DNA of 64,000 nucleotides from Planctomycetota bacterium (GCA_021831565.1 JAKBMM010000002.1:39440-103439), one strand, 5' to 3'; shown: positions 9,825 to 18,787, counted from the stretch's first letter. Notes: a model not told the origin generated them from the sequence alone. Program-made: numbers and translations.

Positions 9825-11408
9825 TCATTCTTCCAGCGGCGTACCCTGGTCCACCGTGCGCCGCGCGATGGTTCGCACGCGATTAATCGCCGCCAGGTAC
9901 GCCTTGGCGGAAGCTTCCAGAATATCCGTGCTCAAGCCCCGGCCACGCACTTTCCGGTCGCTGTGTGTTAATTCCACAATCGCCTCGCCCTGTGCCTCGC
10001 GACCGCCGGTGAGGCTGCGCACCTGGTAGGAATCCAGGCGGGCGCTGATGCGCGTCAGCCGTTGGATAGCCGCGAACATGGCGTCCACCGGCCCGTCGCC
10101 GGTGGCGGCGTCGGTGATTTGGGCGCCCGCGCTGTCGACCAGCGTGACCATGGCCGTGGCCACGCCCTGCGTGCCGGCCATCACCTGCAAAGCCTTCAAC
10201 TGGAACAACTGCTGATCCGAGGCGAGCTGCTCTTCGGCCAGCGCTTCGAGGTCTTCATCGTAAATCTCTTTTTTCTTGTCGCAGAGAACCTTGAACTTCT
10301 CGAACGCCCGATCCAGCGCCGCTTCATCCAGGCGAAGGCTCAATTCCTCCAGCCGCTGGCGGAAGGCGTGCCGCCCGCTGTGTTTGCCCAGCACCAGCGT
10401 GTTCCGCACCAGACCAACATCTTCCGGCGACATGATCTCGTAGGTGCGGCGCTCCTTGAGCACCCCGTCCTGGTGAATGCCCGCCTCGTGCGCAAAGGCG
10501 TTCTCTCCCACGATGGCCTTGTTTCGCTGTACGTGCAGCCCGGTGAGCGTGCTGACCAGGCGGGAACAGGGCACGAGCCGGCGCGTGTGGATGCCGGTGG
10601 CGAAGGGGAAACGATCCTGGCGGGTGTGGATCGCCATGACGATCTCTTCCAGCGCCGCGTTGCCGGCCCTTTCCCCGATGCCGTTGATGGTGCATTCAAT
10701 CTGCCGGGCGCCGCCAAGGACCGCGGCCAGCGAATTGGCCACGGCCAACCCCAGGTCGTCGTGGCAGTGGGCGCTCCAGACGACATCTTTCGCGCCTGGC
10801 ACGCGGGCGAGGAGATCCTTAAACATGGCCAGGTACTCCGGCGGCGTGGCGTAGCCCACGGTGTCCGGGCAGTTGATGGTGGTGGCGCCGGCTTCCATCG
10901 CCGCCTGAACGATCTCGGCCAGGAAGTCCGGTTCCGTGCGGCTGGCGTCTTCCGGAGAAAATTCGACATCGGGTACGTACTCGCGGGCCAGTTTCACATT
11001 TTGAACCGCCAGGCGGATGATTTCCTCCTTGGCTTTTTTGAGCTTGAACTCGCGATGAATTTTGCTGGTGGCGCAGAACACGTGCACCCGCCCGCGGGCG
11101 GCATACCGCACCGCTTCGCCGGCCCGGCGAACATCTTTATCCGTACAGCGGGCCAGGGCAGCGACGGTGGAACCGGTGATTTCCGAAGCAATGGTGCGGA
11201 CCGCCTCAAAATCGCCGGGGCTGGTGATCGGAAACCCCGCCTCAATCACATCCACGCCCAGTTGTTCCAGGGCATGGGCAATTTCCAGCTTTTCCTGCAA
11301 ATTCAGCGATGCGCCCGGCGACTGCTCGCCGTCGCGCAGCGTCGTGTCGAAAATGATCAGGCGTGTTTTATCGCCTGGAAGCGGTTGCGTTTTTTCGTCC
11401 TTAGCCAT
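9825..11408 (-). CDS. leuA: 2-isopropylmalate synthase
   Basis: LRDGEQSPGASL, HCHDDLGLAVANSLAAV and the C-terminal LeuA regulatory domain are all present. Confidence 0.9.
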   Translation of the reverse strand: MAKDEKTQPLPGDKTRLIIFDTTLRDGEQSPGASLNLQEKLEIAHALEQLGVDVIEAGFPITSPGDFEAVRTIASEITGSTVAALARCTDKDVRRAGEAVRYAARGRVHVFCATSKIHREFKLKKAKEEIIRLAVQNVKLAREYVPDVEFSPEDASRTEPDFLAEIVQAAMEAGATTINCPDTVGYATPPEYLAMFKDLLARVPGAKDVVWSAHCHDDLGLAVANSLAAVLGGARQIECTINGIGERAGNAALEEIVMAIHTRQDRFPFATGIHTRRLVPCSRLVSTLTGLHVQRNKAIVGENAFAHEAGIHQDGVLKERRTYEIMSPEDVGLVRNTLVLGKHSGRHAFRQRLEELSLRLDEAALDRAFEKFKVLCDKKKEIYDEDLEALAEEQLASDQQLFQLKALQVMAGTQGVATAMVTLVDSAGAQITDAATGDGPVDAMFAAIQRLTRISARLDSYQVRSLTGGREAQGEAIVELTHSDRKVRGRGLSTDILEASAKAYLAAINRVRTIARRTVDQGTPLEE

Positions 11409-11451
11409 GGTCGTCTGCTCCGATGATGTTCCGCCGCTTGATAAAAACCAT

Positions 11452-11491
11452 AAAAAAACCCTGCGAGGTTCGCTCGCAGGGTCTTGTTTTC
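11452..11491 (-). terminator. Bidirectional intrinsic terminator (stem CCCTGCGAG / CTCGCAGGG, loop GTTCG, flanked by A7 and T-rich tracts)
   Basis: 9-bp GC-rich stem at 11459..11481. The minus-strand reading has a TTTTTTT run after the hairpin, downstream of the cyclodeaminase gene. Confidence 0.55.
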
Positions 11492-11643
11492 AAACAAAAT
11501 TGCGCACCCTAGGAGCGATTCCCGATGGCGATCGGGATAAGCACCAGATCCGGAAGGTTCAGCCGTGTGGCATGTTGCGTCATGAAAGAACCCAACCTCG
11601 TTTCCACATAAAACATTAAATTTATTGCAGGCGAAATGGAAAG

Positions 11644-12285
11644 TCAAGCGATCAGCCGCTGGAATATGTCCCGCCATAACGTGTCGGCGGCCAGGCGCTG
11701 CGCTGCGGATTCCCGCGCCATGAGCCGGGCTTGTGCCTGGTCGTCCAACAGCTCCAGGTTTACCCGCACGTTCAACTGGCAAGCTTCCACCGCCGCGCGC
11801 GCCAGGCCGGCGGCGACGCCCAGATCGGAAAGAAGCGGGGGGTTGGTTTTGTCCACCAGCCCGCGGCAGATTTCCAGAACTTGCAGAGCCAAAACGCCAA
11901 CTGTTTGCGGAATGAGGATCGCTGCCCGCAGCGCCGGAGCGAAATCCGCCGCCAGGCGTTTTTCCGGGGGCAACTTAAGCAGTGGATGGAGCGTTTCGTA
12001 AGCGGCCTGGTCTTCTTCCATGAGTTCTTCCAGCAGGGCCATCGCTTTGCCGAGGCGGGCGGAATAATCGCGCAATTCCGGTTCCACGGCGGCAAAACGC
12101 CGCTTGCCAATGGTGTACGCCACGGCCATCTGCGCTTGTGCGGCGGCGAGCGCCCCGGTCAAGGCGGCCAGCGAGCCGCCGCCGGGGGTGGGGGTTTTCG
12201 CCGCCAGAAGCTGGAGAAACGCATGAATGGTCTGGTCCGTCAGTGGGACGCGGGAGGCCGGTTCGGAAGTTGCGATCTTCTGCAC
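11644..12285 (-). CDS. Formimidoyltetrahydrofolate cyclodeaminase / methenyl-THF cyclohydrolase family protein
   Basis: 213 aa. FLQLLAAKTPTPGGGSLAALTGALAAAQAQMAVAYT is typical of the FtcD/FchA cyclodeaminase domain. GTG start with AGGTGA RBS. Confidence 0.65.
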   Translation of the reverse strand: MQKIATSEPASRVPLTDQTIHAFLQLLAAKTPTPGGGSLAALTGALAAAQAQMAVAYTIGKRRFAAVEPELRDYSARLGKAMALLEELMEEDQAAYETLHPLLKLPPEKRLAADFAPALRAAILIPQTVGVLALQVLEICRGLVDKTNPPLLSDLGVAAGLARAAVEACQLNVRVNLELLDDQAQARLMARESAAQRLAADTLWRDIFQRLIA

Positions 12286-12560
12286 GATTCACCTTGGAGC
12301 GCCGGGATTTTTTCAACGACCCGGCAAACAACGAATATTCGCCGCGGGCTGTTTTTGTCGCCAAAACACAGAATATGATTTTACCGCCTCGGCGCCCCAT
12401 GCACAGCGCAGCGCCCGGCGCCGGCCCGGAGGTCCGGAGAGGCCGGCCTGCTCTCCATCTGAAATTTCAAACCTCCAATACCGGGGCAAGAGTCTTGCGC
12501 CGGATGGATTTTCTGGTTAAACTGTCGGAGTAATTGATCGGCCTTTTCGTGGAGACGAAA

Positions 12561-13661
12561 ATGGTGGAAAAACGCGCCCGCAAGAAAAAATCAAACCACG
12601 CCGGAAAACAACGCCCGGCCGCCGCGGTAGCTGACCGGACGGGCGGCGCCTCCGTAACCGCCGGAGAAAGCCCGGCTGCCGAGCGCCCCGCGCCTGTTGC
12701 CGGGATGGGGCTGGCATTTGAGCAGCCGATTCTGAAACTGGAGCGGCAAATTCAGGACCTGCTGGTTCTGCAGGAGGAAAAAGGCGTCGACTACAACGCC
12801 GAAATCATGCAGTTGCGGGACAATCGCACGGCGCTGCTGAAGAAAACCTACCAGAATCTGACCGCGTGGGAGATCGTCCAGGTGGCGCGTCATCCGAGCC
12901 GGCCGCAGACGCGCGATTACATTGAACTGCTGGTTAAAGATTTTGAGGAACTCCACGGCGACCGGCGCTTCGGCGACGACAAGGCAATTGTGACGGGAAC
13001 GGGGCGCATCACCGGTCATAAGGTGATGCTGGTGGGCCATCAAAAAGGGCGGGACACGAAGGAAAAGGTGGCGTGCAATTTCGGCTGCGCCCATCCGGAA
13101 GGATACCGCAAGGCGCTGCGGAAAATGCAATTGGCCGCAAAATTCGGCCTGCCGATCGTCACGTTCATTGATACGCCCGGCGCCTATCCGGGGTTGGGAT
13201 CGGAAGAACGTGGCGTGGCCGAGGCCATCGCGGTCAACCTGCGGGAAATGGCTCTGTTGCCGACGCCGATCGTCTGCATTGTGATCGGCGAGGGCGGTTC
13301 GGGCGGGGCGCTGGGCATCGGCGTGGGCGACCGGCTGGCAATGATGGAGTTCGCCTGGTACAGCGTGATCTCGCCGGAAGGGTGCAGCGGAATTCTCTGG
13401 AAAGGTTCCCAGAACGCACCCGACGCGGCCGAAGCGCTCAAACTCACCAGCGGGGAACTGCGCAAGCTGGAGGTGGTGGACGAAGTGATCCGTGAACCGC
13501 TCGGCGGGGCGCATCGCAATCCGCGCGCCGCGGCCGACGCCCTGGAAAGATATATCGACCGATCCCTGCGGGAACTCGGGGCGTTGGACGCGGCGCGCCT
13601 TGTCGAAGAACGCTACCAGCGTTTGCGGCGCCAGGGTTGCCGGGCGCTGCAAGCGGATTAA
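12561..13661 (+). CDS. accA: Acetyl-CoA carboxylase carboxyltransferase alpha subunit
   Basis: Canonical AccA from MGLAFEQPILKLERQIQ onward, with the TFIDTPGAYPG...EERG motif. ATG at 12561 with GGAGA RBS gives a 48-aa basic low-complexity N-terminal extension; alternative start 12705. Confidence 0.8.
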   Translation: MVEKRARKKKSNHAGKQRPAAAVADRTGGASVTAGESPAAERPAPVAGMGLAFEQPILKLERQIQDLLVLQEEKGVDYNAEIMQLRDNRTALLKKTYQNLTAWEIVQVARHPSRPQTRDYIELLVKDFEELHGDRRFGDDKAIVTGTGRITGHKVMLVGHQKGRDTKEKVACNFGCAHPEGYRKALRKMQLAAKFGLPIVTFIDTPGAYPGLGSEERGVAEAIAVNLREMALLPTPIVCIVIGEGGSGGALGIGVGDRLAMMEFAWYSVISPEGCSGILWKGSQNAPDAAEALKLTSGELRKLEVVDEVIREPLGGAHRNPRAAADALERYIDRSLRELGALDAARLVEERYQRLRRQGCRALQAD

Positions 13662-13710
13662 TCGCCGGTGGAAGAAGTTAAAGAGAACGGTTTGGATACC
13701 TCATCCAGAA

Positions 13711-13742
13711 AGACTCCAAATAGAAAAGACTCCAAATAGAAA
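13711..13742. repeat. Tandem direct repeat 2 x 16 bp (AGACTCCAAATAGAAA) directly upstream of the pyrE start
   Basis: Two perfect adjacent copies at 13711..13726 and 13727..13742. Confidence 0.6.
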
Positions 13743-14276
13743 GTGAGCGGCATCATGATGGACATTCCAACGCTGGCCAGGCGAATAAAAGAAATTGCTT
13801 ATCTGGAGGGCGATTTCACGTTGCGATCGGGAAAAAAATCCCCTTACTATCTGGACAAATATCTTTTTGAAACGCAGCCGGACATCCTGGCGGCGCTGGG
13901 CGCTCATCTGGCCGGGCGGCGCTCGGGGGCGACGGTCCGCATCGGTGGCGCCGAGCTGGGCGGCGTGGCGTTGGCGGCCGCCGCCAGCCTGGCCAGCGGT
14001 CTGCCTTTCTTTATCGTGCGCAACGCCCGGAAAGGCCACGGCACGAACAGGGTCATCGAAGGGACTATGGCGGCGGGAGATGCGGTGCTGCTGGTGGAGG
14101 ACATCGCCACCACCGGCGGGGCGGTGCTGGCGGCGGCGAAGATCATTACCGCCGCCGGCGGGCGGGTGGAGAAGGTTGTGGCGGTGATCGACCGGCAGGA
14201 AGGGGCCAGGGAAAATATCGAAAAAGAGGGGTTTATATTTGAATCGATTTTGACCCGTCAGGACCTGGGTATTTAG
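13743..14276 (+). CDS. pyrE: Orotate phosphoribosyltransferase
   Basis: The PRPP-binding motif VLLVEDIATTGGAV is present and the length is typical. GTG at 13743 or ATG at 13755/13758. Confidence 0.85.
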   Translation: MSGIMMDIPTLARRIKEIAYLEGDFTLRSGKKSPYYLDKYLFETQPDILAALGAHLAGRRSGATVRIGGAELGGVALAAAASLASGLPFFIVRNARKGHGTNRVIEGTMAAGDAVLLVEDIATTGGAVLAAAKIITAAGGRVEKVVAVIDRQEGARENIEKEGFIFESILTRQDLGI

Positions 14277-14282
14277 AGCTTG

Positions 14283-14296
14283 TCTATTGAGATAGT
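14283..14296 (+). repeat. Second copy of the motif TCTATTGAGATAGT, 7 nt after the pyrE stop
   Basis: Identical 14-mer to 9730..9743, followed by a T-rich tract (TTAAGTTTTTTCG). Confidence 0.5.
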
Positions 14297-14333
14297 CTCT
14301 TAAGTTTTTTCGACCGTTCCGGCGCGAGACGTA

Positions 14334-15668
14334 ATGATGGATCAGAAAAACCACCGCCGGCATCGCGTCCGAAAATGGATCACGACGACGCTCAAGATTC
14401 TTATTGCGGTCGTGGGGTTATGGTACGTCATATCGCGCATTTCCTGGAGCGATCGCGTAATTATCCCCAGAGGAATGGTGATCCGGAACGTCACTTTTGT
14501 CCATCCCGCCGTGGTGGAACTTCTGGGCTGGCGGGGCAAACTGGCGCGGGTGCGGTTTAAGAACCAAACGATCACCGTGCGCCTGCCTTCCGGCCGGGTG
14601 GTTCGCGGCTTGGCGACTCGCGCTCCGCTTGATTTTCCGTCGGTGCTTCTGTTGCCGCGTAATTACCTGGCGCATTCCAGCGGCAAGCTGGAAATAAAAT
14701 TCGGTTTGGAGCACCTTCTCACCACGGCCAACCCGTGGCCGCTGGTTGCGGCGCTGCTGCTGCTGGGACTGCCCTTTCTGATTACGACATGGCGCTGGCG
14801 GAAACTCCTGGCGGTGCAGGGGCTGAACCTATCCTATGGAAAATGCCTGACGCTGACTTTCGTGGGGCAGTTCTACTCAACCTTTTTGCCCGGGACCACC
14901 AGCGGCGACGTGGTGAAAATCATCTACACGGGGCGGATCACCGGTCAGAAGACCAAAAGCGCTATTACCGTTCTGCTGGACCGTGTGATCGGGCTGGTGG
15001 GGTTGATGATCGTCGGCGGCTTGGCGGCGGGGGGGCAACTGCTCTTGGATCTGACGTATCGCCGCGCCGGAGTCGGACGGTCGGCGGATCCCCTGCTGCT
15101 GCATGTGCTGGGTCTTATTGCGCTCCTGCTGCTGGCGCTGGGGGCGGGGGCGATGGTCTATTTTTCCACCCGCCTGCGGCGGTGGCTGGGGATGGACGCC
15201 CTGCTCGCCCGGCTGCCGTTGCCGGAATTCATCAAACATGCCGACCGCACGCTGCGCGCTTACCGCGGTCATAAAGGCGTGCTGGCCGCGACGCTGCTGG
15301 CGAGCATGGTTTCCCAGGCCCTTCTGCCACTGGCCGGATGGCTGGCGGGACAGGCCTTCGGGATGCGCGCCCCCTTCGGATTTTACATGGCTTATATACC
15401 GGTGGCGGTGCTGGCGTCGAGTCTGCCGATTGTCCCGCCGCAGGGTCTCGGAGTGCTCGACGCGCTGATCTTGCACTTCTTCGTGATACGGGGCGTGGAC
15501 ACCGCCAGCCAGGCGTTCGCTCTGGCCCAGGCCATCCGTTTCATGCCGATTTTCTGGAACATGCTCGGAGCGTACTGGGTGGTCCACGATCACTACTCAC
15601 GACCCCATCTGGAAAGCCTCCAAGAATTGGCGCCGGAGAATGGCGCGGCCGCACCGGCGGGAATGTGA
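14334..15668 (+). CDS. Integral membrane protein, flippase-like / lysyl-phosphatidylglycerol-synthase TM-region family (UPF0104)
   Basis: About 8 TM helices; FVGQFYSTFLPGTTSGDVVKIIY matches the conserved UPF0104 loop. Confidence 0.5.
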   Translation: MMDQKNHRRHRVRKWITTTLKILIAVVGLWYVISRISWSDRVIIPRGMVIRNVTFVHPAVVELLGWRGKLARVRFKNQTITVRLPSGRVVRGLATRAPLDFPSVLLLPRNYLAHSSGKLEIKFGLEHLLTTANPWPLVAALLLLGLPFLITTWRWRKLLAVQGLNLSYGKCLTLTFVGQFYSTFLPGTTSGDVVKIIYTGRITGQKTKSAITVLLDRVIGLVGLMIVGGLAAGGQLLLDLTYRRAGVGRSADPLLLHVLGLIALLLLALGAGAMVYFSTRLRRWLGMDALLARLPLPEFIKHADRTLRAYRGHKGVLAATLLASMVSQALLPLAGWLAGQAFGMRAPFGFYMAYIPVAVLASSLPIVPPQGLGVLDALILHFFVIRGVDTASQAFALAQAIRFMPIFWNMLGAYWVVHDHYSRPHLESLQELAPENGAAAPAGM

Positions 15669-15684
15669 ACGAGATTATCGCAGT

Positions 15685-15800
15685 ATGGTTTACGGTTACG
15701 GAAGGACGGCCGTGGATTTCCATCCACGGCTGCGGGGGGGGCGACCATGGAGCAGCCGCGAGGATCGCAATCCCGCGGCCGTTTTGTGCGCCGCCGCGAG
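15685..15800. repeat. Copy A of a roughly 115-bp structured repeat element (three consecutive hairpins)
   Basis: About 95% identical to the reverse complement of 57431..57547. Contains hairpins CCGTGGAT-TTCC-ATCCACGG, CGGCTGC...GCAGCCG and CCGCGAGGAT / ATCCCGCGG. Confidence 0.65.
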
Positions 15801-15820
15801 CAATCATATTTGATATGTTG

Positions 15821-15850
15821 TTGGCAAAAATCGGCATCTAACACTAAAAT
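15821..15850 (+). promoter_or_regulatory. Putative promoter TTGGCA-N18-TAAAAT for hipBA
   Basis: TTGGCA at 15821..15826, TAAAAT at 15845..15850, about 30 nt upstream of the hipB ATG. Confidence 0.3.
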
Positions 15851-15879
15851 ATGATCCTTATATTGCCGATGGAGATGGT

Positions 15880-16194
15880 ATGGACGCGGCACCGGTCCAA
15901 CTGCACAGCCCTAACGAGATTGCCCGCCAACTGGCGCAGCACGTCCGCACCGAACGTCTCCGCCGCCAATGGAAACAGGAGACGCTGGCCAGGCGTTCGG
16001 GCGTGTCGGTGGCAACCATTCGCCGGTACGAACGTACCGGCCACACGTCGCTTGTGAACCTGCTGAAGCTCTGCCACGCGTTGGGCCGGCTGGATGAGTT
16101 CGCCGGCTTGCTCCAACCGCCACCCGCCACGTCGCTGGCCCAACTCGAATCCCGTGCCACCAAGGTCCGGGGGCGCAAACGAGGTGTGCGATGA
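15880..16194 (+). CDS. hipB: HipB-like HTH (XRE-family) antitoxin
   Basis: HTH segment ETLARRSGVSVATIRRYE. Stop overlaps the hipA start (ATGA). Confidence 0.7.
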   Translation: MDAAPVQLHSPNEIARQLAQHVRTERLRRQWKQETLARRSGVSVATIRRYERTGHTSLVNLLKLCHALGRLDEFAGLLQPPPATSLAQLESRATKVRGRKRGVR

Positions 16195-17441
16195 GGCAAC
16201 TGACGGTCAAACTGCAACGCCGGCCAGGCGACGCTCTGACGGTCGGCACGCTGGCAGAGCATGATCGACACACATACTTCGAGTACGACCCCACATTTCT
16301 CAACACCGGCTTTGAGCTCTCGCCCTTCAAGCTGCCCGCCCGGCCCGGCTTGATCGAACATACCGACCGCGCGTTCGGTCCGCTGCCCGGCGTGTTCGAC
16401 GACTCCCTGCCCGACGGTTGGGGTCTGCTATTGATGGATCGTCACTTCCGCCGCCAGGGTGTCGACCCCATGACGTTGTCCCCGCTCGATCGGCTCGCCC
16501 ACCTCGGCGCCCGCACCATGGGCGCTCTGGTCTACCATCCGCCGTCCCGCCAACTGCCCGAGCGCGACGAGCAACTGATCAATCTCTACGATCTTGGCCG
16601 CAATGCCGAGGATGTGCTCGAAGGCGACGCCGCCGAGGTGCTGCCCGAACTGATGCGGGCTGGCGGGTCGCCAGGCGGCGCCCGCCCCAAGGTACTCGTG
16701 GGCGTCCAGGGCGACCGCATCATCTCGGGCGCAGAGGATCTGCCCGAGAGATTCCTTGGTGGCGGGGGCGAGCATTGGATCGTCAAGTTCGCCGCCAAGG
16801 CGGACGCTCCCGCGGCCGGTCCCGTCGAATACGCGTATAGCCTGATGGCCCGGGCCGCCGGGGCGGACATGCCGCCGACTCGCCTATTCGAGGTCAGGCG
16901 CGGCCGCAGTGTCCGGCGGTACTTTGGCGTCAAACGGTTCGACCGCGCCGCTGAAAACCGGCGCGTTCACATGCACACCTTCGCCAACCTGGTGCACGTG
17001 AACTTCCGCATCCCCGCGACCGACTACGCTGATCTGTTGAAGGTGACGCGGGCGCTGACACGCAACCATGCCGACCTGCTGCGCCTGTTTCGGCTGATGC
17101 TGTTCAACATCGCCGCCCACAACCGCGACGATCACGCCAAGAACTTCGCCTTTACGCTCGACGATCAGACCGGCGAATGGTCGCTCGCCCCCGCCTACGA
17201 CCTGACTTACTCGCCCGGCCCCGGTGGCGAGCACACCACCACCATCCTCGGCGAGGGCCGCCAGCCAACACGCGGCCATTGCTTGAAGCTGGCCGATCAG
17301 TTCGGACTCAAACCCGGCGAAACTCGTCCCATCATCGACCAGGTCAACACCGCCATCAGCCACTGGCGCCGGTTCGCCGAGCAGGCGGGCTGCGCGAAGA
17401 AGATGGTTGTCGCGATCGGCAAGGCAATCGCCGCAATCTAA
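16191..17441 (+). CDS. hipA: HipA-family serine/threonine kinase toxin
   Basis: HipA N- and C-terminal domains. GGARPK ATP-binding motif (SPGGARPKVLV) and catalytic HNRDDHAKNFAF loop. Confidence 0.85.
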   Translation: MRQLTVKLQRRPGDALTVGTLAEHDRHTYFEYDPTFLNTGFELSPFKLPARPGLIEHTDRAFGPLPGVFDDSLPDGWGLLLMDRHFRRQGVDPMTLSPLDRLAHLGARTMGALVYHPPSRQLPERDEQLINLYDLGRNAEDVLEGDAAEVLPELMRAGGSPGGARPKVLVGVQGDRIISGAEDLPERFLGGGGEHWIVKFAAKADAPAAGPVEYAYSLMARAAGADMPPTRLFEVRRGRSVRRYFGVKRFDRAAENRRVHMHTFANLVHVNFRIPATDYADLLKVTRALTRNHADLLRLFRLMLFNIAAHNRDDHAKNFAFTLDDQTGEWSLAPAYDLTYSPGPGGEHTTTILGEGRQPTRGHCLKLADQFGLKPGETRPIIDQVNTAISHWRRFAEQAGCAKKMVVAIGKAIAAI

Positions 17442-17528
17442 CCCAGCGTGAGATGGTTCGTCGTACCGTTGTGGTGAATCAACCTCTCCGCGGCTCCGTG
17501 TGAGTTCGTTGTTGTCCTCATCAGCGTT

Positions 17529-17720
17529 TCACATGCCGGCGTTCATAGGTGTCCAGGATACTGTGGTACACGTGGTATCTGGGATTTTAAACGCGTAGGA
17601 ATATCTTTCGACTTGCTTGGACTGTTCGGCAGCGTAAATTGTTCGCGATACAGAGAGGCTGTGGTCGTGCTCGGCTACAGCGGCCAACCCCGTCTCCAAT
17701 TTCTGAAGATCAGCGTCCAT
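17529..17720 (-). CDS. Small hypothetical protein (63 aa) with strong RBS, downstream of the 329-aa islet gene
   Basis: AGGAGA RBS 6 nt upstream of ATG. Low GC like the islet; co-directional with the 329-aa gene, 77 nt after its stop. Confidence 0.45.
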   Translation of the reverse strand: MDADLQKLETGLAAVAEHDHSLSVSRTIYAAEQSKQVERYSYAFKIPDTTCTTVSWTPMNAGM

Positions 17721-17797
17721 CTGATTTCTCCTTCGGTAGCGAAAGTGGTTCGCTCGAATCCGATAACAAATCGATTTTCCGCCTCATTTCTCAGTGC

Positions 17798-18787
17798 CTA
17801 CCACTTCGCCTCACGGAGTTTGGAAGCAATTTCCTTGACGTTCGATGGGTCGATATTGGTTTTGGGGATTACCTCCCGCAGGTCGTGGAAAAGGGGACCC
17901 TGGATTGCATAAGGCGAGTCCTTTCTGTACTCCGTTTGCTCGGGGACTCCACAGAAGAAGCGATGGCCAGTTGAGACCTCCCATCCAAGGTCTTTCTTGG
18001 CCGCGTTTATTATGCCGATTATTTTGCTGTCGTATTCGGTTGTTTCGCGCCCGTCGACCAGCGTCTTGGTGAGGCGATCATTGACATATTCCGCGTCATA
18101 AATTGAGTCAACTGCCCAGATGCACGGCACATTTTTTTGTGCATATATTCCTAGAAATTTGTGTTTTCTATAGCCGCGATCTTGCGCATGGAAATAGACG
18201 CCGAATTGCTGGTTAATTTTTACCGTTTCGCTGCACGGAACGATTCGGAGGAGGAATTTCGATTCATCGAACAGCCCCGTGTCACTGCAATAGTCTATAT
18301 AATCTTCCACTAACGCAAGCATCTGCGGCTCGTGTTCCTTGAACATCGACTTAATTTCGTGGCAAATATCCTCGTAGGTGATGTTGCGAAAAACGAGGCT
18401 GGGAACTTGTTTTGCGATTTTGCCCCCCTCTATGGCGGATAACTGTTGTCGTTGTCGGGTTAGCAGGAGAAGTATTTTCTGGGACTCATTTGAAAAGCTA
18501 GTTGCATGCCGGGAGAGTTGGTCTAGGTTGACACCACTGTTGACCTTCGATTCCACAAGAATCTTGAAGCTCCGTTGGATTATGGCGCCATCAGGCACCG
18601 ATTGTTTGTTGCGCGGCTGCTGGTTGACTTCGATTCCCACAACTATTTCCTCCCCGCAAAGCTTGGTTAGCAGATTCGACAGGTGCTGCGGGGAATAATC
18701 GTATATGCGAGCGAGGAGTTGGAGCGTGTTATTTGTGACAGTATTCTCTTGGCCTGAATATCGCGGAAAATAATGGATTTTAGACAC
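17798..18787 (-). CDS. Hypothetical protein (329 aa) in a low-GC islet, with an N-terminal PD-(D/E)xK-like motif (VPDGAII...ILVESKV)
   Basis: Long ATG-initiated ORF with codon usage clearly different from its surroundings. No family recognised beyond the nuclease-like PD...ESK spacing. Confidence 0.6.
   Translation of the reverse strand: MSKIHYFPRYSGQENTVTNNTLQLLARIYDYSPQHLSNLLTKLCGEEIVVGIEVNQQPRNKQSVPDGAIIQRSFKILVESKVNSGVNLDQLSRHATSFSNESQKILLLLTRQRQQLSAIEGGKIAKQVPSLVFRNITYEDICHEIKSMFKEHEPQMLALVEDYIDYCSDTGLFDESKFLLRIVPCSETVKINQQFGVYFHAQDRGYRKHKFLGIYAQKNVPCIWAVDSIYDAEYVNDRLTKTLVDGRETTEYDSKIIGIINAAKKDLGWEVSTGHRFFCGVPEQTEYRKDSPYAIQGPLFHDLREVIPKTNIDPSNVKEIASKLREAKW

Noticed and set aside
10062-11426. 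454-aa plus-strand ORF antisense to leuA
   Set aside because: Antisense shadow ORF in GC-rich DNA; leuA identity on the minus strand is unambiguous.
12591-13652. 353-aa minus-strand ORF antisense to accA
   Set aside because: Shadow ORF; low-complexity Arg/Pro-rich translation.
17455-17500. Sequence with partial similarity to the tRNA-Ser 3' end (GGTTCG...CTCTCCG..GCGGC) considered as an att repeat
   Set aside because: It is in inverted, not direct, orientation relative to the tRNA and the match is short and gapped.
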